Origin: a virus
Taxonomy: Duplodnaviria > Caudoviricetes
Length of the DNA stretch: 64,000 nucleotides
IMG/VR virus record: IMGVR_UViG_3300033068_001847
Coordinates: 32,001 to 96,000 of that record
Strand: one strand, 5' to 3'
A program made the translations under genes and the position numbers. The notes under the pieces were generated by a model. It searched no databases. It was given only the letters and a program-made list of their open reading frames with translations, and was not told the DNA's origin. Positions 56,567 through 64,000 of this stretch are shown here, in pieces; position 1 is the first letter of the stretch, and each line of letters starts with the position of its first letter.

Positions 56567-57995
56567 TTCCTTGTGTTGTATTATTATTATTTTCTCTTAA
56601 TTTTCTTTCTTTTTGATCTTGTATTAATTTTAAAGCTTTACCAGCTTTATCTTTTCTTTCAGCTTCTAACGTATCACTCTTTTCCTGATCATATGTTAAT
56701 TGTGATACTAAACTACTAGTTGCTGTATCAAAATAAATGATATCGTTTCTGAAAGTCATATCTTTGAAGATAATACCATCTCCACCAAACCTAGATTTCA
56801 AGATTGCCATGTTAGCTAGATTCGCTGCTTTTTGCTCATTACTTTTAGCAGCCGATATAATTAAGTGAGCTACTTGAGCACGTTTAATTGATCCTTGAAT
56901 TTGATCTGATGTTACAACATCAGCACTGATACCAGATCTGTTTGTTTGGATTGCAACCCAAATTGCAATATCAAATTCATCAGCAATTGTTTCCAATTGT
57001 CTCATAATTAAACTTTCACTAGCTGTTATATCATCAGCAGTTTTACCAGCAACTAAACAATCTAAATAATCAACAATCAACATATCAATTTTACAACCCT
57101 TATTTTGTTGGAAGCGTAAATATTGTTTAATATGTTGAGTTGTTGTTGAATCTGATGGACATTTTTTAAGTATAAGTCTACCACCAGCTTTCCTTTTCTC
57201 AGCAGCAGCAGCTTTAGCTGTATCTACGTGTTTACCAATATCATTTAAAGGTATTCCAGTATTACATGAAGCATGTTTACGTTGAATGGCTTTTTTAGGA
57301 TCTTCAAAAAACATTTGAAGTACATTGAACCCTCTACTGTATGCAGTATTAGCTACTTTAGTTAGAAAAGTACTTTTACCAACACCAAGAGGTGCTAAGA
57401 ATGCAGCTAATTCACCCCTACCTAAACCTCCACCAATTTCAGCATCAATACCGGGAATTCCAGTAGGAATTGGTTTTCTGTAATCATCGGCTAATGCTTC
57501 ATCTAAATCTTCATCTACTTCTATAGAGTCATCTGTTTTATCTGCAACAGTAAGTGCCTTTCTAACAATATCTTCAATAAGATCATAACTTTCAAAGTTA
57601 CCTTTCTTGATAATGTTTTGTACTTGAGTTATTGCCTTTACAATTTCTTGTTGCTTACAAAATTTAAGTGCTAAATCTTGAGTTGATTTATCATCTTCGA
57701 GGGATTTATTCTTTACTTCATTTAGAATTTCTAATAATGAAGCTTTTTGAATATCATCATTCACCTCAGCTAGGATTGCTTCTTTTAATCCAGTAACTGT
57801 AGGTAGTGAGTTATCATATTTTTGATTCCAATCTTTAATGATTGAAATAATATGTTTACAATACTGGTTTTCAAAATACTTTGCCTGTAGTGTAGTGATT
57901 ATATTTAATCCGAATTTTCTATCACATAATATTTGGGCTACTAATTTAAGTTGGAAATCATTGCCAAGATATCCAAAATCTTTTACATCTGTCAT
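56553..57995 (-). CDS. Replicative DNA helicase (DnaB/T4 gp41-like)
   Basis: GGGLGRGEL..APLGVGKST, IVDYLD, AIQTNR and ILKSRFG motifs. Confidence 0.92.
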   Translation of the reverse strand: MTDVKDFGYLGNDFQLKLVAQILCDRKFGLNIITTLQAKYFENQYCKHIISIIKDWNQKYDNSLPTVTGLKEAILAEVNDDIQKASLLEILNEVKNKSLEDDKSTQDLALKFCKQQEIVKAITQVQNIIKKGNFESYDLIEDIVRKALTVADKTDDSIEVDEDLDEALADDYRKPIPTGIPGIDAEIGGGLGRGELAAFLAPLGVGKSTFLTKVANTAYSRGFNVLQMFFEDPKKAIQRKHASCNTGIPLNDIGKHVDTAKAAAAEKRKAGGRLILKKCPSDSTTTQHIKQYLRFQQNKGCKIDMLIVDYLDCLVAGKTADDITASESLIMRQLETIADEFDIAIWVAIQTNRSGISADVVTSDQIQGSIKRAQVAHLIISAAKSNEQKAANLANMAILKSRFGGDGIIFKDMTFRNDIIYFDTATSSLVSQLTYDQEKSDTLEAERKDKAGKALKLIQDQKERKLRENNNNTTQGNDSN

Positions 57996-58074
57996 TAAAT
58001 TTATTAACTAATAGTTAAATAATATATTATAGGTATCTTATATTATATACAGTGTTACCTATAATATTTTTGGG

Positions 58075-58269
58075 TTACATTGATTCTAAAATCGAAGTGA
58101 TCTTAGCTCGAATCTTTTTACTTTGTTCTATTGATAGAGCTTCTGAATCGAATCTGCTAAGTGTACGACATAGGTTATCAACAGCATGGATACTTTTTAT
58201 CAAAATATCTAACTTAATTGTTTCGCTTTCTAGTTTGAGATGTTCTAATCTCAATTCATCATCATTCAT
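58075..58269 (-). CDS. Hypothetical protein (64 aa)
   Basis: Small ORF in the replication operon. Confidence 0.5.
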   Translation of the reverse strand: MNDDELRLEHLKLESETIKLDILIKSIHAVDNLCRTLSRFDSEALSIEQSKKIRAKITSILESM

Positions 58270-58271
58270 AA

Positions 58272-58559
58272 TTACTTATTTTGTTCTTCTACAAATTTCT
58301 TAGCTGACTTAATTTCGTCACGCCATTTATTCATGAATTGGTTTTCACGCAAATCATATTTACCATACATGAAGTCAAAATCACGTCTTTTCAGATCACT
58401 CTTGATTTGCTCCGTAATACTTTCTACTAGATCTCTAATATCTACAGAGTTTCTTATTTTAGGATTATAAACATCCGCATCAAAAAATCTACTACAAATC
58501 TTAAAATCATTAACAAATAGTGCAAACTCAAATTTGTTCTCTTTTCTTTTCTCTGCCAT
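58272..58559 (-). CDS. Hypothetical protein (95 aa)
   Basis: ORF downstream of a TTG-N19-TATCTTAG promoter. Confidence 0.6.
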   Translation of the reverse strand: MAEKRKENKFEFALFVNDFKICSRFFDADVYNPKIRNSVDIRDLVESITEQIKSDLKRRDFDFMYGKYDLRENQFMNKWRDEIKSAKKFVEEQNK

Positions 58560-58591
58560 TTTATTTTATATATTTCTTATTGTTTCTTATA

Positions 58592-58621
58592 CTAAGATAA
58601 CCTGCATTTAAAATAAATCAA
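58592..58621 (-). promoter_or_regulatory. Host-type promoter TTG-N19-TATCTTAG
   Basis: ctaagata at 58592-58599, 19-nt spacer, caa at 58619-58621. Confidence 0.65.
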
Positions 58622-58627
58622 GTGGTG

Positions 58628-59701
58628 TTATTCACTTTCTTTCAAATATTTTTGGTATATTGCTTTTTCTTTTTTTACTATGGGTAGAAACTCTACTAAA
58701 AAGTCTTTATATCCATCAGCACCTCCCGGTAATGAATGAATAAAACCATCCTCAACCATTAATCTTAGTAAGTTTTTACCCCCACGTTCTTCATCAGACA
58801 TTGGAGATTTGGTTTGTGATTCAATTTCTTCAATACAAAGTTCAGTTAAAAAAGGTTCTTTAAGATTCACTAGTTTATAATTTAATTCAAATAAATGCTT
58901 ACCATTATAAACGTTATCAACTTTCACTGTAGTTTTTCCATCAATTAAATTTTGTAAAGCTATTAATGGTTTTTTCCTAGACTTATTAATTTCAATTGCT
59001 CGTTCATAAATATGATTAAATTCAACCTTACCACTTATTAATTCAGGAAAATGTTTCAATAAAGTTTTTTCACCAATACCATCCACACCATAAATTTTAT
59101 CTGAATCACACCCTTCAATAGCTTTAATTAAACTTGAATTATCTTGATGATAGTTAAAATATAACCAGTAATTTTTTGGAGTTACTATACTCTTTTTATT
59201 TAATAGATATAAATAAACATTATCTGATATAAGTTGACAGAAATCTCTATCGTTACTTAATATGATACATAATTCACCAGATTCACGTAGATTATCAACA
59301 TAGTAAGCTAAACAATCATCCGCTTCACAGAATTGATCTTCTATTTGTCTTATGAATAATTCTTCCGCATATTGTTTAATTCGTTCTCTTTGTTTTAATA
59401 AAGATTTATCACTATTTTCTTCCCTATCAATATCTTTTTGTGAAAGGATCATTTCACCATACCAGTTCTTATTACGATCATGTTTATATAAAGGATATAT
59501 ATCATATCGTAATCTTCCTGAATTTGCTCCATCCCAAAACAAAATAACCTTAGTTACTTGTTGTTCCATTATAATCCTTCTTAATATTTGATAGAAAGTA
59601 ATTATTGCACCGATATATCCAAAAGAAGTGTAAGTTGTTTTATTACCGTGAAACGAATACTTTAGAATATTTTGAGCATCGACACAAAGTGTTTTTTCCA
59701 T
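58628..59701 (-). CDS. 5'-3' exonuclease / flap endonuclease (T4 RNase H-like)
   Basis: LCVDA.N, WDG, R..IYP.YK..R, EADDC, SNDRDF.QL and GCDSDKIYGV.GIGEKT motifs. Confidence 0.92.
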   Translation of the reverse strand: MEKTLCVDAQNILKYSFHGNKTTYTSFGYIGAIITFYQILRRIIMEQQVTKVILFWDGANSGRLRYDIYPLYKHDRNKNWYGEMILSQKDIDREENSDKSLLKQRERIKQYAEELFIRQIEDQFCEADDCLAYYVDNLRESGELCIILSNDRDFCQLISDNVYLYLLNKKSIVTPKNYWLYFNYHQDNSSLIKAIEGCDSDKIYGVDGIGEKTLLKHFPELISGKVEFNHIYERAIEINKSRKKPLIALQNLIDGKTTVKVDNVYNGKHLFELNYKLVNLKEPFLTELCIEEIESQTKSPMSDEERGGKNLLRLMVEDGFIHSLPGGADGYKDFLVEFLPIVKKEKAIYQKYLKESE

Positions 59702-59713
59702 TTTCTTTGTTAT

Positions 59714-59743
59714 AAAAATGGTGAGCTATTTCTAACTCACCAT
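59714..59743 (-). terminator. Putative terminator hairpin
   Basis: ATGGTGAG/CTCACCAT stem followed by a T run on the minus strand. Confidence 0.55.
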
Positions 59744-59751
59744 CTATTAAA

Positions 59752-60819
59752 TTATTCTAGGTCTGAACCTAATTCTTCAGCGAAGGTTAAATCAACATTA
59801 CCTGAAATACCTAGTTTATCTAAGATGAATTTTTTATTCTCTTTTTTGTAAGCTTCAACTTCTGTAGGTAAAATAAAACCATGTGCTGTTGAAATTAATT
59901 CACCTTTATAAGATGTTCCATTTATGTGGTTTTTTTCAACAGCTACTTTGGTTTGAGTACCATAACAATAATCTTTACCATCAGCTTTTGCAAATAATTT
60001 CTTAGTTGCATGAGATTGAATACCACCGAAGTGTATGATTAATCTTGAAGCGTAGAAAAATGCTTCCCCGCCTTTATTCTTAATAACACCAGCACCTTGC
60101 ATATTATCCAACCATATTTTATTAACAACCACCATTGTGTTTGTATATGGTTTATTTTCTTTACGAGATCCGGGAATTCTTGCATTAATTAAAGATTTAA
60201 ACGCTGCTTCAATAGCACCTGCATTCCACTGATTATTACTTGATTTTGATTCAACTGATTTATCACAATCTAAAGTACCAACTGAATCCCAAAGGAAACA
60301 TACTTCACATTCTAAATCACCTTTCATCTGATCATCTAAAATTTTGTGACAGAATTGGGCAACATCTTCAATAACCGCTTCTTCCCTATCCTTACCCATT
60401 CTCTTTTTTCCAAACTCGTTAATTAAGTGATCATTATTTATATAAATAAAGAATCCATCATAATTAACGATCTCACCAGTAGATTGGTCCACAATCTCTT
60501 CATATTCAAATCCCATATCACCAGCATGTTTCCAATTCCAACCATTCTCTGTATCTATTATCACTGGTAATATTCCTTGACGTTGACAACCTATAGCTGC
60601 TTCAATTAAAGCTGTAGATTTTCCTGTATTAGAAAAACCTCTTAAAATTGTAACTGATCCTTTTGGTATACTAATACCAGTTACTGTTTGAAAGGCTGAT
60701 GATAACTGAATCCATTCTAATTCTTTATCCTTAACACCATCATCTAATTTATTTACTGCTTTGTAAGCTGATAAGTTAAAATTCTTTTTAACCAATGGCT
60801 TAACTTTCTTTTCTGACAT
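59752..60819 (-). CDS. RecA/UvsX-like recombinase
   Basis: IPKG..ILRGFSNTGKST, IIDTE, FLWDSVG, KGGEAFFYAS and VEKNH motifs. Confidence 0.88.
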   Translation of the reverse strand: MSEKKVKPLVKKNFNLSAYKAVNKLDDGVKDKELEWIQLSSAFQTVTGISIPKGSVTILRGFSNTGKSTALIEAAIGCQRQGILPVIIDTENGWNWKHAGDMGFEYEEIVDQSTGEIVNYDGFFIYINNDHLINEFGKKRMGKDREEAVIEDVAQFCHKILDDQMKGDLECEVCFLWDSVGTLDCDKSVESKSSNNQWNAGAIEAAFKSLINARIPGSRKENKPYTNTMVVVNKIWLDNMQGAGVIKNKGGEAFFYASRLIIHFGGIQSHATKKLFAKADGKDYCYGTQTKVAVEKNHINGTSYKGELISTAHGFILPTEVEAYKKENKKFILDKLGISGNVDLTFAEELGSDLE

Positions 60820-60840
60820 TTATTAATTTTTTATTTAGAG

Positions 60841-60870
60841 AATAAAAGCCCCATTTCTGGAGCTTTTATT
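60841..60870 (-). terminator. Rho-independent terminator (possibly bidirectional)
   Basis: AATAAAAGC-CCCA..TGGA-GCTTTTATT. Confidence 0.65.
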
Positions 60871-60893
60871 TTATACTTTACCTATTTTAGAAA

Positions 60894-61790
60894 TTAAAAT
60901 GGTAAGTCGTCATCATCAATATCATTCGAAACTATATTAGTTTCTTCGATAGCTTCACCCTTCATTAAAGGATTTTTGTCTACACTATTTGATACTGGTG
61001 CTTTACTTTCTTGAGAAGTATTATTATCGACAGGTACTGCAACACCATCTTCTCCGGGTCTTACATATTTTTTCAATATATCATCCCAATATTGTGCTCT
61101 ACCTAATACAACATCTTCAAGATCTTGTTTAGATTTTGGTCTGAACACATCTTTCCAAGTAGTATCATCTTCAATTAAACTTTTGATCTTTTCTGGAGTT
61201 GAAGCTAAGGGTGTTTTTTCAACACAAGAGATATCTTTAACTAAAGAATTTCCACGATCATCTAACCCGCAAGTTAAAATTAAATCATATCCAGTTTCTG
61301 GATGAATAATGTTTCCATAAACATCAATTTTTGCATCAATTTTATCGAAATCACCATTTCCTTTAAAGTTCTTTTTGAACCTCCAGAATTTAACACCTTC
61401 TTCTTCTTTATTACGATCAATACCTCTAACGATATAAAACGTAGATGATCTATATTTTTTAGCTTCTTCTTTATCACCTGTAGCAACTAATCCTTGATAG
61501 GTATCACATAAAGGGCAATCATGTCCATGTTCTTCCAAACATAAAAGTTTTTGCCATTTAGTTCCAACCTTCATGTAGTGAAATTTCACTTCTTTAAAAG
61601 GAGTTCCACCTTCTTTGTTAGGAATAATACGGAATTTAAAAGTCGAATTTGTTTGACCTTTAGGTACAATCGGGAAAAAGTACTTTTTTAATAATTCACT
61701 GTTTGTGAATTTCTGATCTTCCTTTTTAGGGAATTTTTGATTTTGACCTTGAGCTTTAATAGCTGCTAAGTCATCATTGTAATCACTCAT
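60894..61790 (-). CDS. Single-stranded DNA-binding protein (T4 gp32-like)
   Basis: FRIIP..PF..FH..C..CPLC zinc site, GYDL and acidic tail DDDDLPF. Confidence 0.85.
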   Translation of the reverse strand: MSDYNDDLAAIKAQGQNQKFPKKEDQKFTNSELLKKYFFPIVPKGQTNSTFKFRIIPNKEGGTPFKEVKFHYMKVGTKWQKLLCLEEHGHDCPLCDTYQGLVATGDKEEAKKYRSSTFYIVRGIDRNKEEEGVKFWRFKKNFKGNGDFDKIDAKIDVYGNIIHPETGYDLILTCGLDDRGNSLVKDISCVEKTPLASTPEKIKSLIEDDTTWKDVFRPKSKQDLEDVVLGRAQYWDDILKKYVRPGEDGVAVPVDNNTSQESKAPVSNSVDKNPLMKGEAIEETNIVSNDIDDDDLPF

Positions 61791-61852
61791 TTGTTTTAAT
61801 TTATTTGTTTGTATATATTAATTGGCTAAACCGCCTTATCTAATTCCACTTA

Positions 61853-61882
61853 CTAAAATAGTCCACTTTTGAAATTTTTCAA
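61853..61882 (-). promoter_or_regulatory. Host-type promoter TTG-N19-TATTTTAG
   Basis: ctaaaata at 61853-61860, 19-nt spacer, caa at 61880-61882; upstream of SSB. Confidence 0.7.
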
Positions 61883-61918
61883 GTGCGGGACTGTTTTTTT
61901 ATTTTTAATATCTCTGAC

Positions 61919-62656
61919 TTATTTTAAATCAGAGATATTTGTTTGTTCTGTTATATTTAAAGATTGTTTTATTTTGGTTGGATCATAGTTATCTATGTCG
62001 GCTTGTGTTAAAACATATTCTTTTTCTTTTGCTTCTTTGTCAGCTTCTGCATCTTCCCATCCCCAATAATCACTCAATTTAATATTATATGGATATGAAT
62101 TTTTTGAAATCATATCAAATTGTTTTTCTGGTGAAGGATTTGCAATATCTTCAACTTTTTGTGCTACTTGATCAATTTTTGAATTAACTCCTTGAATCGC
62201 TCCTAAACTGTTTTGTAATTGAGTTACTACGTTTAGTACTTCTTGAGTTTTTTGTATTTGATCGTTTAATTTAATTTCTAAATCATTAGTGTCGGCAACT
62301 GCTGGTTCAGGCATCGGCTCAGGAGCAGGTGCGGGTTCTGGAACAGGTGCTGGAGCAGGTTCAGGAGCGGGTGCTTGTTGTTGCTCTGGTGCTGCTGCTT
62401 GTTGTTGAGGTTGTTCTTGTGGAACACCTACTTCATCTTCTGGTTTAGTTGGCTCGTCCTCATCAATAATTACCTCATCACGATATTCTTCAAAAGTTGG
62501 GAAGTCGTTTTCTGTATTAGAATATTTATCTCCTATTTCTGAAAACTTAACGGGATTTTCCTCATGCATACCTCTTTCACTACCAGTAGCTTTAAAGTGA
62601 TATTCATTCAGATATTTAATTTTATTAAGAGTTTCGGTAATTAAAGTTTTTTTCAT
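61919..62656 (-). CDS. Acidic Pro/Ala-rich coiled-coil protein (probable start MKKTL at 62656), possible head scaffold/internal protein
   Basis: APAPEP repeats and a coiled coil; start set by the upstream small ORF. Confidence 0.55.
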   Translation of the reverse strand: MKKTLITETLNKIKYLNEYHFKATGSERGMHEENPVKFSEIGDKYSNTENDFPTFEEYRDEVIIDEDEPTKPEDEVGVPQEQPQQQAAAPEQQQAPAPEPAPAPVPEPAPAPEPMPEPAVADTNDLEIKLNDQIQKTQEVLNVVTQLQNSLGAIQGVNSKIDQVAQKVEDIANPSPEKQFDMISKNSYPYNIKLSDYWGWEDAEADKEAKEKEYVLTQADIDNYDPTKIKQSLNITEQTNISDLK

Positions 62657-62657
62657 A

Positions 62658-62837
62658 TTATTTACTTTCGAAAAGTTGTTCTTTAAGTAATTGGCGACCA
62701 TCTTCTAAAACTAACGTTTTGTCAATGCGTTCAACCAGACCAGTTTTAGCAGGTATTACTACTTCCTTTTTTTCCTTTGTTTCAGGTTTTGATTCTTCCA
62801 AAAAGTTTTCTAAATCTTGTTTTAAATCCTTATTCAT
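62658..62837 (-). CDS. Small hypothetical protein (59 aa)
   Basis: Below the track cutoff. MNKDLKQDLENFL...GLVERIDKTLVLEDGRQLLKE; TATTTATA at 62852-62859 upstream. Confidence 0.65.
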   Translation of the reverse strand: MNKDLKQDLENFLEESKPETKEKKEVVIPAKTGLVERIDKTLVLEDGRQLLKEQLFESK

Positions 62838-62875
62838 GATATATTATTTACTATAAATATCACGATAATGGATTT

Positions 62876-63511
62876 TTAACACTTTTTAGTTTCTAAAAGA
62901 GGAATGTATTTTTTTTCGAAATCAATATTTAATATTTTCTTATAGGATTGATATACACCATCATCAGTATAATCTTCGGTAAGTGTAATATCAGAAGTAC
63001 CTAGCAGTACAAAAGTTATTTTATCAATATTAAATCTTAATTTTTTATAATAATTGATATCAATACCTAATATAAGTTTTTCTTCTTCGTTGAACATGTA
63101 AATAAAATCTTCAGTAAGATAAACACAATCATATTTATCATTATTACTATATCTTAAAACATGATCTATATTTATTATATTATCAATAATTGGATCAATA
63201 AATTGATACTTATATGGTTTAATTAAATCTTTATATAATTTTTGAACGAATTTTTCCGTATCTTCATTGAAGTATTGTAGTTTTTCATTCGGTGCAAATG
63301 TCCAGTATAGGTTAGGTTTAATTGTTCTTTTTAATATTGAGACCTGATCTCCAAACAATTCCTTACATTTATACCAGCCGATTATAAGGGTTGGACACGA
63401 TAAATCTTCAGTATACTCAGTTTCTACTGTTACTATCGTTATATTTTTCTTACTTAAAAGTTCTTTTATAGTATTATCAGATACTATAATCCTACCCAAA
63501 ATTAACTTCAT
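62876..63511 (-). CDS. Hypothetical protein (211 aa)
   Basis: ORF directly downstream of a host-type promoter. Confidence 0.6.
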   Translation of the reverse strand: MKLILGRIIVSDNTIKELLSKKNITIVTVETEYTEDLSCPTLIIGWYKCKELFGDQVSILKRTIKPNLYWTFAPNEKLQYFNEDTEKFVQKLYKDLIKPYKYQFIDPIIDNIINIDHVLRYSNNDKYDCVYLTEDFIYMFNEEEKLILGIDINYYKKLRFNIDKITFVLLGTSDITLTEDYTDDGVYQSYKKILNIDFEKKYIPLLETKKC

Positions 63512-63515
63512 GGAG

Positions 63516-63545
63516 CTAAAATAGGGTAGGATTTAAATTTATCAA
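63516..63545 (-). promoter_or_regulatory. Host-type promoter TTG-N19-TATTTTAG
   Basis: ctaaaata at 63516-63523, 19-nt spacer, caa at 63543-63545. Confidence 0.68.
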
Positions 63546-64000
63546 GTTAATGGTATTTTTGTTCCATCAAATTCTACGTTGTTAATACTACCATATTTAG
63601 CAATAGCTTTATCATATAATTTTGATGTTACATATCTTGTTCCAGTAGGTGATGCTATTTCAAAATGTACTGGATCATAATAATTAGGGAAATCACCACC
63701 CCATAAGAAACCTAACGATTTAGCTAAATCAACAACACCTGTAGATATCCATATACTTTTTGATGTTTCTGAAGTAATATCTTGATTACCTCTACTTAAA
63801 TTAACATCAATAGCTAATCCGTAATTATGTGTTGAGAATCCCGGTTGTGCATTTCTGTTATCACCAGCCTGTTGAACCATTTGTTTTTCAATACCTCTGT
63901 ATGATGATGTAATTATTACTTTATAATTAGTTTCATTTTGAATAGAATGTATTAATGATATAAATTTAGATTGAACTTCAGGACGTAATTGATTTATATA
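63542..64000 (-). CDS. Peptidase M15 (L-Ala-D-Glu/D-Ala-D-Ala peptidase) domain, N-terminus beyond the right edge
   Basis: The frame continues upstream of the track start (IITSSYRG); GFSTHNYGLAIDV, WGGDF and DPVHFE Zn-peptidase motifs. Confidence 0.88.
   Translation of the reverse strand, partial: YINQLRPEVQSKFISLIHSIQNETNYKVIITSSYRGIEKQMVQQAGDNRNAQPGFSTHNYGLAIDVNLSRGNQDITSETSKSIWISTGVVDLAKSLGFLWGGDFPNYYDPVHFEIASPTGTRYVTSKLYDKAIAKYGSINNVEFDGTKIPLT

Noticed and set aside
34865-57995. Inteins or introns in DNA polymerase, nrdA, nrdB or helicase
   Set aside because: ORFs are continuous and I saw no intein C-terminal HN-[CST] junction or LAGLIDADG insert; the extra polymerase length looks like ordinary insertions.
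382-59591. All plus-strand ORFs in the track (60-126 aa)
   Set aside because: Each lies antisense to minus-strand genes and has no recognisable motifs; they are shadow ORFs.
30624-61486. Short alternative-frame minus-strand ORFs (30624-30809, 48719-48904, 61280-61486)
   Set aside because: Nested out of frame within well-supported genes, with no independent signals.
62300-62410. GC-richer repetitive tract as a mobile or regulatory repeat
   Set aside because: It encodes the APAPEP/QQQ low-complexity linker of the 61919 protein.
1-64000. Stop-codon reassignment as in some large Bacteroidota phages
   Set aside because: Genes are full length and tightly packed under the standard code; TAG and TGA both appear as real stops.
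1-64000. CRISPR array, tRNA genes, integrase or transposase
   Set aside because: No regularly spaced repeats, cloverleaf-like intergenic sequence or recombinase motifs were seen by eye; intergenic gaps are short. tRNAscan would confirm.

Overview
A 64-kb segment of a large, very AT-rich, lytic myovirus-type (T4-like/jumbo) phage genome. Essentially every real gene is on the minus strand, densely packed with TAATG/ATGA overlaps. The host is most likely a Bacteroidota member: there are TTG-N19-TAnnTTAG promoters, no obvious Shine-Dalgarno sites, a Bacteroidota-type DnaQ, DUF5675 and a eukaryote-like class Ia RNR. Modules from left to right: baseplate/virion genes (1-15.3 kb); a gp55-like sigma factor; a glycan-synthesis region with about 7 glycosyltransferases, UDP-galactopyranose mutase, a methyltransferase and PhoH (16.6-30.4 kb); an island with a degenerate terminase-ATPase/RHH fusion, ParB-like, tail-tube-like and WYL proteins (30.4-34.8 kb); family B DNA polymerase; mosaic tail-fibre/adhesin genes (38-53 kb); and nrdA/nrdB, helicase, 5'-3' exonuclease, RecA/UvsX, SSB and an M15 peptidase (53-64 kb). 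Main observations: (1) an intergenic element matching 23S rRNA helix 69, transcribed antisense directly before a terminator; (2) a pervasive [S/T]-G-x-T motif in virion proteins alongside the glycosylation kit, suggesting phage-encoded virion O-glycosylation; (3) CCWGG avoidance, visible in every Pro-Gly codon pair checked; (4) two promoter classes; (5) a 356-bp perfect repeat shared by two fibre genes. All functional calls come from motif recognition by eye; no database search was run.
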